Origin: Candidatus Latescibacterota bacterium
GTDB lineage: Bacteria > Latescibacterota > UBA2968 > GCA-2709665
Assembly (NCBI GenBank): GCA_965203805.1
Contig: OZ241917.1
Location: 800,001-864,000 of the forward strand
Direction: 5' to 3'
DNA: 64,000 nucleotides
Both the position numbers and the translations under genes were made by a program. A model generated the notes under the pieces. It was not told the origin of the DNA and did no database searches. It saw nothing but the letters and a program-made list of their open reading frames with translations. Below, piece after piece: positions 42,048 through 50,900 of the stretch; position 1 is the stretch's first letter, and each line of letters opens with the position of its first letter.

Positions 42048-43463
42048 TCAGGCCAACTGATGCGGCAGAATATACGGGTGCGGCGAACCCATCAGGTCGT
42101 CGACGGAACCTGCGGGTGCATCCCCCCGTGCGGCTCGCGCCGCCGTGTCCGCAAGATCGTAGGTGCCAATCAGAACCCGGCGCTTCAGGGCGCTCTCCAG
42201 GTCGGCTGGGGTCAGGTCGTCGAGAAACAGGCCGTGATGGCTCACACAGTTGGGAGGCAGGATCACCAGATCGGTTTCACGCCACTGCGACTTCAGCGCG
42301 TCCAGCATGTCTTGTCCGGTCAACAGTCCCGATACCGTGATGCCTTCGCCCAGAAAGCGGTTTTTCACCTCCACGACGCGCACCGACATCCAGGGGATAC
42401 GGTTCAGGCGCTTCGCCATCGGCCGGATAAAACCCGCGCCCAGAACACTTGTGACCAGCGTTATCGAGATCGGTCCGGACCTCAGCGATTCCAGCGCGGG
42501 CGCCCCCTCTACGAAGCGGTCCGTGAACCGCCTCACCATCCCCACGCCGTTCTCTACGAGCGGAAAGCCGTCGTAGTGTGCGGCCCCGGGGACTTCCCGG
42601 CGCGCCATCAGATAGAATTCGTCTCCGAAGTAGACAAAGTTGACGCCAAACTTTCTGCGAAGCTGCCGCTGCCATGCCGACGCCTGATTCAGGCACTCCA
42701 CGGCAACTTCCGGCGTTACCGGGTCCAGGCGGGGCAGGTTCTGACGGTATCGGGTCAGTCCGAGGGGAACGATGCCCACGGACGCCACGGCGGGGTACCA
42801 TCGGGCCAGGTCGTACACCGTCCGTTTGAGGTGCTGACCGTCGTTCAGCCCCGGGCACAGAACGACCTGCGCGTGCATCTGGATGCCGTGACTCGCCAGG
42901 AAATCGATGCGTTCCATCACGTCCACCGGCTCCGTGCGTCCCAGAAGCGTCGCCCTGAGATCCGGATCGGTCGCGTGGACGGAGATGTACATGGGGCTCA
43001 GTCGCTGTTCGACGATCCTGCCGAATTCCTCTTCCGAAAGGTTCGTGAGGGTGACGTAAGCGCCATGGAGAAAGGACAGCCTGTAATCGTCGTCCTGGTA
43101 GTAGAGGGTCTTGCGCATCCTTTTGGGCATCTGGTGGAGAAAACAGAATACGCATTTGTTGTTGCACTTGATGATGGGCATTTCCGACAATGTCACGCCC
43201 AGGTCGTCGTCCGGATCCTTTTCGACGTCCACCACAACGACGTCGTCCCCCCGCCGGAGAACCACCTCCACCGTCTCTTCCGCGACGTGGAAGCGGTAGT
43301 CGATCGGATCGCGCACGGGTTCGCCGTTGATGGATTCGATGACGTCTCCGGGCCGGATACCAACGGCCGCTCCAATCCCTCCGGAGGCGACCGCTTCCAC
43401 GCCGAGCCCTGCGACTGCTTCGTCGACCTGAGGCCGACCCTCCACATGACTTGATTTCTTCAT
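42048..43463 (-). CDS. DUF512 protein (PDZ + radical-SAM-like Fe-S domain)
   Basis: N-terminal PDZ-like region, CNNKCVFCF, DDDYRLSFLHG, ENGVG and VSGLLTGQD motifs. Confidence 0.88.
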   Translation of the reverse strand: MKKSSHVEGRPQVDEAVAGLGVEAVASGGIGAAVGIRPGDVIESINGEPVRDPIDYRFHVAEETVEVVLRRGDDVVVVDVEKDPDDDLGVTLSEMPIIKCNNKCVFCFLHQMPKRMRKTLYYQDDDYRLSFLHGAYVTLTNLSEEEFGRIVEQRLSPMYISVHATDPDLRATLLGRTEPVDVMERIDFLASHGIQMHAQVVLCPGLNDGQHLKRTVYDLARWYPAVASVGIVPLGLTRYRQNLPRLDPVTPEVAVECLNQASAWQRQLRRKFGVNFVYFGDEFYLMARREVPGAAHYDGFPLVENGVGMVRRFTDRFVEGAPALESLRSGPISITLVTSVLGAGFIRPMAKRLNRIPWMSVRVVEVKNRFLGEGITVSGLLTGQDMLDALKSQWRETDLVILPPNCVSHHGLFLDDLTPADLESALKRRVLIGTYDLADTAARAARGDAPAGSVDDLMGSPHPYILPHQLA

Positions 43464-43656
43464 TTGAATTTATATATACCTGTTAGAGAATAAGGTGCAC
43501 GAAATACTTAATCCATCACTTTGAAGTTAATACAATTGGTGAAAACGTCAAGAAAAATGTGTCGATCCGCCAGCGATGTCCGATCCCCCGGGGGTCGACA
43601 GACTCGGGTCGCCATCATGAAACCCTTCGTTCGCCCGTATGAACCCGGTCCCGCAT

Positions 43657-44199
43657 TTAACGATCCGGCAGGGACAACAGCCCGGGCATGGCTTCGCCGA
43701 CTTCGTTCAGGATCTGAGGGTCCAGGTCGATAACGCGATGGAGGGTCTTTGCGCGAAGAAGCTGTCGGGCCGTGAGACCCTCGGCTCCGGTAAACGTGGT
43801 ACTGCGCAGGTCCGTGTTGCAAAACACGGCGTTTTCGAGATCCGCTTCCTTAAGCGAACCCTCGCTGAGATCGCAATCCGTGAAATCGGCGCCGGCAAGT
43901 ACCGCCCCATAGAGATTCACGCAGTTCAGATTCGCCCGGCGGAAGGTGGCGCTCCTCAGATAGCCGTCGCTCAGGTCCGTATGGTCCAGTACGGTGCGGT
44001 CGAAGTTGGCGCCGACGAGCGTGGCCGAACTGAGATTCTCGTAACTCAGGTCCATGCCGCTGAAATCCACGCCGCTGAGGTCTTCGTAGCTGAAATCGGC
44101 GCCGGACAGATCGGGCGTGAGGCCCGGATTCCTGGCCCGCCAGCCGTTCCATGTCCGGACGCTTTTCCTGATGATGTTCAGTTGATTCGGTTCGGCCAT
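43657..44199 (-). CDS. Pentapeptide repeat protein
   Basis: A(D/N)LSGA-type 5-residue repeats after a WNGWR…PDLSGA N-terminus. Confidence 0.9.
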   Translation of the reverse strand: MAEPNQLNIIRKSVRTWNGWRARNPGLTPDLSGADFSYEDLSGVDFSGMDLSYENLSSATLVGANFDRTVLDHTDLSDGYLRSATFRRANLNCVNLYGAVLAGADFTDCDLSEGSLKEADLENAVFCNTDLRSTTFTGAEGLTARQLLRAKTLHRVIDLDPQILNEVGEAMPGLLSLPDR

Positions 44200-44232
44200 T
44201 CAAGCACCTGCGACAGCGCATCTTCCGGGCGT

Positions 44233-45132
44233 TTACGTTGTGAGCGTGTTGACGAAATGCCTCACAAAGCGCTCCGATTCCACGTCCACGCATACCTCGG
44301 CGTTGGACTCAATCGCATCCGAACGGATCGTAACCGTTGCGCCGTTGAGCCGATCGGAGCGCGTTTCCACGTGGATGGCGCGGGACCGCATTTCGCAGAT
44401 CGTGGGGTCGAACACCATTGCCACGGCCAGCGGATCGTGCAGAATGGGATGCTCCCTTCCGGAATCCTCCCGCCACAGTCGGATTAGATCGAAGCAGAGG
44501 CGGTTGATGGTCCGGTCCACCGATCCGATTGCGTCTACCTGCGCGGTGCTCAGGCGGCACGCTTCGGTGACGTCGAGGCCCACCATCGTAATCCGGGCGC
44601 CGGCGCCGAAGACGACATGCGCGGCTTGGGGGTCGCAGTGGATGTTCCACTCCGCCGTCAACCGTCCCACGCATCCTCCCATCAGGCAAATTGTCGTCTT
44701 CTCCGCCAGGCGAGGCTCCAGGGTGAAGGCGGCCGCGACATTCGTCAGCGGGCCTATGGGTACGAGCGTAATGTCGCCATCGCCGCTCATAATCGTATCG
44801 ACAATGAACTCCACGGCGCGGCCGGGGGCGGGCCGGGAGCGTCCGGTATACCGCTGGATGGCCTCCATCTGACGCGGCCGATGCGATTCGATTGCCGCCC
44901 GGCTCCTGGCGTGCGAATCGAACAGCGGCTTTCCGAGACCCGCGAACACGGGTACGTCTCCCCTGCCGAGCGCGTCAAGGACGCAACATGCCAGTTCGGC
45001 CCGCCGCGCGGTATCCCGGAAGACCGTGGTGACGCCAACAAGCTCGATCTCCCCGCAAAGCAGCGCGAACGTCAGCGCGAGCGCGTCGTCAACGTCGTCT
45101 CCGATATCCGTATCGAGGATGATCTTTTTCAT
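44233..45132 (-). CDS. Nucleoside hydrolase (IU-NH family)
   Basis: DTDIGDDVDD, IGPLTN, EWNIHCDP and LHDPLA motifs. Confidence 0.92.
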   Translation of the reverse strand: MKKIILDTDIGDDVDDALALTFALLCGEIELVGVTTVFRDTARRAELACCVLDALGRGDVPVFAGLGKPLFDSHARSRAAIESHRPRQMEAIQRYTGRSRPAPGRAVEFIVDTIMSGDGDITLVPIGPLTNVAAAFTLEPRLAEKTTICLMGGCVGRLTAEWNIHCDPQAAHVVFGAGARITMVGLDVTEACRLSTAQVDAIGSVDRTINRLCFDLIRLWREDSGREHPILHDPLAVAMVFDPTICEMRSRAIHVETRSDRLNGATVTIRSDAIESNAEVCVDVESERFVRHFVNTLTT

Positions 45133-45190
45133 GCGTTTAACTCTCCTTCACGTCGTGCTGCTGGATCCAACAGCGCCCAACCTGCCAAAA

Positions 45191-45316
45191 CGTGGTCATT
45201 GGGCATGCCTGCATTGAGCTTGTCGAAACGGCTTGTCGAAGTGCCCACATCGTCCCTGTCTAAATGCGTTTGTCAATGCGTGGTCATTGAGCATGCCTGC
45301 ATTGAGCTTGTCGAAA
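45191..45316. repeat. Two 38-bp direct repeats (45191-45228 and 45279-45316), REP-like, with a TGAGCTTGTCGAA core
   Basis: CGTGGTCATTG(G/A)GCATGCCTGCATTGAGCTTGTCGAAA occurs twice with one mismatch, plus extra TGTCGAA sub-repeats. Confidence 0.85.
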
Positions 45317-45337
45317 TGTCGAAATGCCCGCGTTTCG

Positions 45338-46024
45338 CTATCCCTTCGCCTTCCCATTGGCGCCCGCTACCATTCGCGACGGAACTCCTATCAGGTCAAC
45401 TGGATTATCCGCCTCCACCGGCCGCGCGCCGATTTCAAACAGGTGCGCATTATCCTTCGACGCCAGCGCGAACACCGGTTTCCCGTCTCTAATTGCCCGG
45501 CGGCACAGCGCCTCGATCTTTCCGCCTGCTTCCGCGTGGGCAATCAGAATGGTATCCGCAAGCGCGGCAATGCGTGCGTTTCGTTCAGTCGCGGCAGCTA
45601 CCGTGGGACGATGTACTTGATCATCGAAAAAAGACAGAATCGCGAGGCGGCCATCATTGAGTGCAGGATTCCATATCTTTAATACCCGCATCCTGCCAAG
45701 TCCTCGGGCCGGACAGACGACCAAACGCGCAGGTCCTGGCAACAGGAGGTATAGAAGCTCCTTTTCCATAGGAGACTGATACCCGCCCACGATCGTCACG
45801 TAGGTATCCCGTAGCGCCCGCGCGAGATCGTACGTCTTCAGGATCGGATCGCCCGGGCACCGAATCGAACAGAAGAAACCGATCAACCGTCCCCGTAGAA
45901 TCCGTGGATCCCCCAAGAACGCGACCGGCGTCTCTCCCCCGGCGCTGATGGCTCGCCTCAACGCCGCCGGCATATCCGGCGTGTCTTTCGTGTAGCGTCT
46001 GATCTTCGTCTCGGAAAATCCCAA
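45338..46024 (-). CDS. Short DprA/Smf-like (SLOG-fold) protein
   Basis: GFFCSIRCPG…GGYQSPMEKE…ERNARIAALAD…GGK pattern of the short DprA-like family. The start codon is uncertain. Confidence 0.75.
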   Translation of the reverse strand: MGFSETKIRRYTKDTPDMPAALRRAISAGGETPVAFLGDPRILRGRLIGFFCSIRCPGDPILKTYDLARALRDTYVTIVGGYQSPMEKELLYLLLPGPARLVVCPARGLGRMRVLKIWNPALNDGRLAILSFFDDQVHRPTVAAATERNARIAALADTILIAHAEAGGKIEALCRRAIRDGKPVFALASKDNAHLFEIGARPVEADNPVDLIGVPSRMVAGANGKAKG

Positions 46025-46174
46025 TTGCCCCCCTGGGCCGATTATCTATTGGCAACGAAAGGCCACCAACTCGGTGAACTGACCCTGTCGAATATCCTAT
46101 ACGATAGCGCCAGGCCTTTCATCCCAACGACACGCAACGACACGCCATCACTCCCCCTTGAGGGGGGTCAACGG

Positions 46175-46227
46175 CACCCTCACCCGGCGCTGCGCGCCAC
46201 CCTCTCCCACAGGGAGAGGGTCTGATT
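46175..46227. repeat. REP/BoxC-like palindromic repeat, copy 1
   Basis: CACCCTCACCCGGCGCTGCGCGCCACCCTCTCCCACAGGGAGAGGGTCTGATT; contains a CCCTCTCCC/GGGAGAGGG hairpin. Confidence 0.85.
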
Positions 46228-46292
46228 TCCAGACCTTCGATCAGCCTCTATATTATGTACGCTGAGCATAGTTCGAGTAATTTCGCAGTCGT

Positions 46293-46586
46293 TCATACGT
46301 AAAGTACCTCTTTTTCGACGCGCTGTATAAACCCGGTTCGGAGATTCTTACTCAACCGCCGGATATCCACCCTGCATCCAAGGGCTTGCTCCACAAAGAT
46401 GTGAAGCCCGGCCAGATCGTCGAACTTCGGCTCCCGGAGTTCAACAACGAGGTCGACGTCACTCTCATCCCGCTGCGTTCCCGAAGCGTATGACCCGTAC
46501 AGACCGATCCGTCGGACGCCAAATCGACGCTCCATTTCACCTTTATTCTCGGCAAGAAACCTGAGAATGTCTTGTGCTGATCTCAT
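46293..46586 (-). CDS. Minimal nucleotidyltransferase (MNT/MntA-type antitoxin)
   Basis: LYGSYASG…SDVDLVVE motif; about 97 aa. Confidence 0.85.
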   Translation of the reverse strand: MRSAQDILRFLAENKGEMERRFGVRRIGLYGSYASGTQRDESDVDLVVELREPKFDDLAGLHIFVEQALGCRVDIRRLSKNLRTGFIQRVEKEVLYV

Positions 46587-47084
46587 AATTGGTTCCTTAA
46601 TTCGCGCTGGGCAGGTTCTACTTAGAAACACACCTGTCCAAAATCGGTTTCTGTCTTGGACAGCATCTGGTTCACTTCCGCGAAGCAGCGCTTCGACCAA
46701 GGTAGCGTGAGTTTCAAAAAGTGCCTATTTCACGGGCTTAATGGGACGGGAACAGCACAATTATGGCCACTGGATGAGTCACTTTGTTCTTGGACAGCAT
46801 TGCGAAGACGATCGCAACCTGGTTTTCATTATCCGGGTCAAACCCGTCCAAAATCGCCAATTGAAGCCATATTTCGAACCTTATCTCTGAGAATCCGACG
46901 GTTCTTGGACAGCAGTGACTTAGAAAATAACATCAGAAACTACGAAACACGCGAAAAAAACGAAAAATCCGTGACTGAATTCAATTACGACCAGGGGCCT
47001 TCGTGGAGCGCATGGCACTGCGCAGGTAGGCGCGTGATTTCCTCTCCATCACTCCCTCTCAATGGGAAGTCGACAAGCCAAGGT

Positions 47085-47137
47085 CACCCTCACCCGGCGC
47101 TGCGCGCCACCCTCTCCCATAGGGAGAGGGTCTGATT
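47085..47137. repeat. REP/BoxC-like palindromic repeat, copy 2
   Basis: Matches 46175-46227 at 52 of 53 positions, same orientation. Both copies are preceded by CCATCACTCCC. Confidence 0.85.
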
Positions 47138-47193
47138 GCCAGCCCGAAGGCGCGGCGTTGGAGGCTTTTATGGTCATCACCTACCGCAAGAAT

Positions 47194-47397
47194 TCAACGA
47201 TTCCGTATCCCGCCGGAATGTTCCTCCGGTACTGACAGACCATCTTCTTCGAGCGCGATGATGTATCCAGCGATCGCCTCCCTGATATTGGCAATCGCGT
47301 CCTGTCTCGTGGCCCCCTGACTGACACAGCCGATCAGACTGGGGCACTCAGCCACCCAGTAGCCGTCTTGACCGGGATACAAAACAACCAGTCTCAT
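47194..47397 (-). CDS. hicB: HicB-family antitoxin (short; possibly with an altered 3' end)
   Basis: DGYWVAECPSLIGCVSQGATRQDAIANIREAI motif. Confidence 0.8.
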   Translation of the reverse strand: MRLVVLYPGQDGYWVAECPSLIGCVSQGATRQDAIANIREAIAGYIIALEEDGLSVPEEHSGGIRNR

Positions 47398-47685
47398 CCT
47401 GTCCTTAATTCGCTTTATTGTTCTCGTTCTCTGCGAGTCACTTCGTGCCGACATTCCCGATTTTCTACAGCCGGCGTGAAAGCCAACACAGATGTTCGGA
47501 TGGGCATCCGAGTCTGGTTGAGCGTTTCGAGAACAAATGCAATAATCTTGCCAATACGCGTTCCGATTCGTTGCCGTGGACTGCCTGGCCATTGTGAGCA
47601 ATTTCCACCTGACGACGTCAGAATCGTCGACGCGCATTTGGAGCGCCCGGCCTTGCTGCTGTAACATCACGCAGCAACCCGCATC

Positions 47686-47910
47686 TCACGCGAATTCGTA
47701 GAGAGGCACTGTCGCTGAGGGACGGCGCTCTCCCTCGAGCAGGCTTTCAATCCTTCGGACCGTGTCGAGATTCAGCAGCACATCACCGCAAAAGGAACAG
47801 ATCTCAGCAGGAACATGGTCGATCACGATCACCTCGCCCTTGTGCCGTACGGTGTGGGTGATGTTTTTTGCTTCGTATTCGCCTGGACATCCGTCAATGC
47901 TGCATTTCAT
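47686..47910 (-). CDS. YgiT-type zinc-finger protein (MqsA-like antitoxin N-domain)
   Basis: MKCSIDGC…VPAEICSFCGD; AGGAG RBS upstream. Confidence 0.85.
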   Translation of the reverse strand: MKCSIDGCPGEYEAKNITHTVRHKGEVIVIDHVPAEICSFCGDVLLNLDTVRRIESLLEGERRPSATVPLYEFA

Positions 47911-47969
47911 TGCGATCGTCTCCTTTGGGTCGGAGTAACCCATTTGAGCAGTTTGGGTTCATAGACCAC
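47907..47969 (-). pseudogene. C-terminal remnant of a DUF4258-type toxin
   Basis: Reads VVYEPKLLKWVTPTQRRRSQ*, resembling the VYEP…W…RR tail of DUF4258 proteins. Its stop overlaps the zinc-finger ATG (ATGA). Confidence 0.55.
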
Positions 47970-47988
47970 ATCTGTACCGGCCAATACC

Positions 47989-50900
47989 TCAAGCCCATGG
48001 ACCGATGCCTTCGACGATTTTGCGATACAGGAAATTTCGATCTAACTCCTTCTCGCGTTCCTTGCAGGCTCGTTTCAGTTCATCCCTGTTTAGACGAACA
48101 TGTGCCATCTTCTGTTTATAAACATCGTCCTTCTCCGAGACGGCATCGATCTTTTTTTGAATCCAGGTCCAACTTCGGCGATCCGTTGCACGTAGAAACA
48201 AGACCCAGGCAGCGTACGCGGTTGACGGATCGGCAGCGTCGAGATAGGCGTTCCACCAATGGCGGGCACAAGCCTCAATCCACCTCGAGCGAGCCGACAT
48301 ACAGGTAACGCGGGCATTGGTTGTCTCGAGTTCGCCTTCGGGCCAAGCCTCAGCAATAGGTAGTGAGTTGTTCACGCGGAAACCCTCCAGGACCATGGCA
48401 CGCGCACGCCTCCACGCATAGGGTGACACCCGGTCTTTTTCGATAACCTGGTTGAGCCATTCCAACTTATCGTTGAAAACGGCAGCAATCGCGAGGTCGA
48501 AAAGCGCACGGTCGTCAGTTTGGTCAAACTTCAGTTCCGCGACCTCAACCCTTAGTTCCAGTACCTCTGGAGATTCAGGCACCCGAAAAGCCATATGCAG
48601 AAGGTCATCGACGCCGGCAGCGCCTACGTAACGCGTTCTCAGGGTTTCACTCAGGACACGCCACAACCGTACGCCCCGACCGGGATCGAGAATCAGAAGA
48701 GCCTCACAGAGAGCCAGGTATGCTCCCTCGGCCCGATGCACGCGGTTTTCAAACTCCGCTGTTGGTTCTGAGTAACCATCCAGCCAACGGTCGACATAAT
48801 CTGGTGCAAATTCAATAACGGGCTTGAAGTCCAAATAATCAAAGATTGCTTGAAAGAGTGTAACTCCGTTCCGTCGCGCTTCGTCTATTCGAGTGGCAGC
48901 AGTATCGATTGCACGTCGATGGGCCTGTAAATTCGCGTCCGGATCGAATGCGAGTTGCATTGCCTCCACTTCGTTCTCGCTCCGGCGGGGTGACACTGAA
49001 TATGAAAATGGAAGGAAATCGACCCGCGTCAGATCGACTGATATGTCGGATCCCAAGTCCAAATCGATTAGAGCATTGTCGGTCAAAGCGTTACCAAAAA
49101 TCGCCGCCGCCACTTTTATCTCTGCCGGATCTGCTCCCCGCCTGCGTACAGCCTCGAGCAAACGCCAAGGTGCGACTCTCGGCGCCAACTCTTTGAAGGA
49201 TACGGAAGACGACGCCTCGATCAGAGAATCTGTACCGTAATGGTTGACATAAATGTGTTTGTTGAAACACCACGACCAACCACCATCCAAGAGTTCGCGG
49301 CCAAAACGATTCGTGTCTGCCTGGTTCAAGATGATAAACGCAAGCTTCGTATAATTATCGTCCTCATGCACTGCAAACTTCCGAATCCACGACCACGAGT
49401 ATTCGTCGAGTAAGACAGGTTGGATCGCCAACAGTTTGAGTAAATCACGCCGCTGTTTCCCTAAGGCCGAGTCATACTTTCTGATGAGTGCGGTCGCTTC
49501 CTCGGATGTGAGCGGACGCAAGACATTAGAAAAATCCAGCATAATGTCCGGGAGATTGGCTTGGATCAAAGTTTCGACCTGTTCCCTGCCAGTTAGATTC
49601 CGTATCTCTATCGTCAGGAGCCGGTTGGCGGCAATCAGTTCATTTGCATCGTCAATATCCCGTCCTTTATGGCGAAGGGTATTTGCTGCTTGGGCTTCAG
49701 CTTCTCCTGAAAGGAGAAAATGAGACTTCGCCGAGACCGCACTCCAGTGACGGGAATCGAGCGGGCATGTTTTAAGGAATTTCAGTTTGCGCCGGTCAAG
49801 TTCCGCGAGCAGGTCTGGTGCACATCGAGCGAGAGCCGGCACAAGTTCATCAAAGTTTAGATCATCTTTGGTCCGACTTCGGGATCGGTTCAGTTTCTCT
49901 ACGTTAATTGTCCTCGCCAAGTCGCGAAGTTCGGTAACGAAGTTGCACGACGGACGAAAGTTCGGATCAAGCCACAAATCCCGGATTCTCTCTACACGTG
50001 ATTGTACTGCAAGATCACAGTCCTTAAGCACATCGTGAGCGTGTCGCCTCTCCAGCGGCAAAAAGCTTCGACCAGGATTTGCCGCATAGTCTCGCACATA
50101 GTCGTAGCTACGACCGGTGCTTGGATTCAAATGTGTGGCTGCTTTGTCGTCCGATTCTAAGCCCGTTAACCATAGCAGAAGCGCAGCGACACGCTTGGGT
50201 AGATCCAGTTGGATGCCGGGTTCCGGAATGCGACGACGCATATTGTCTGATAAGTCACGCAACCCTATAGCAGTTTCCTTGGGATCGACTTCATTTAACA
50301 GGCAGAGCCATCTTAGTGCTTCCCAGCATCCACTATTATCTCCGGCGGCAAGGGCAGTGACCGCGGCTTCAAGTGTACCCGTCGCCTTAGACAATGGAAA
50401 GCCCTCAAGAATCAAAGGAACCGTTGATTTAATCTGACCTGGGTGCCTATCGACAAGGTTGAGTTTGACGCCGACAACTGAAATGGTACCGGCAGAGTGA
50501 GTTCCGATCAGTTTCGAGAGATGATCTTCCCTCCACTTTCTTTGTTCATCACTCCGTTTGCGCCGGGTATCAATGTCAAGGTAAACGGTCCCCATCCATC
50601 GTCTTGTACGTTCGACAATTACTTTAAGGGCGGCATCGTCGGTCCGCGGAATTACACGCAGTGCTTTCACGGCCCAATGACGGGCCGACTCCTGAATCTC
50701 TGAGTCCGAATATTCAACAACGTCAAGAAGGGCTCCTGGAAGGCTAGACGCAAGTGCGACGATTTCCTGCCGATGCTTATCGGTTACGTTCTGAGCTTGT
50801 AGCCAAGCTGTAAGTAGTACTCCGGCTTTTGGCAACGCTCCATCGCCAATCTCAACCTGTATTGACACTGCCGCACGAAGAATTTCCGCCGTCTGATCGA

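Noticed and set aside
45191-45316. Possible mini CRISPR array (38-bp repeat, 50-bp spacer)
   Set aside because: There are only two units, the sub-repeats are nested REP-like motifs, and no cas genes or leader are present in the window.
46656-47135. 159-aa + strand ORF ending in HPHPALRATLSHRERV (same ending as ORF 46025-46225)
   Set aside because: The shared peptide is just the translated palindromic repeat, with no sign of a real protein.
46100-48000. Integron cassette array (small TA genes separated by repeats)
   Set aside because: The repeats lack the RYYYAAC…GTTRRRY attC ends, and no integron integrase is in the window.
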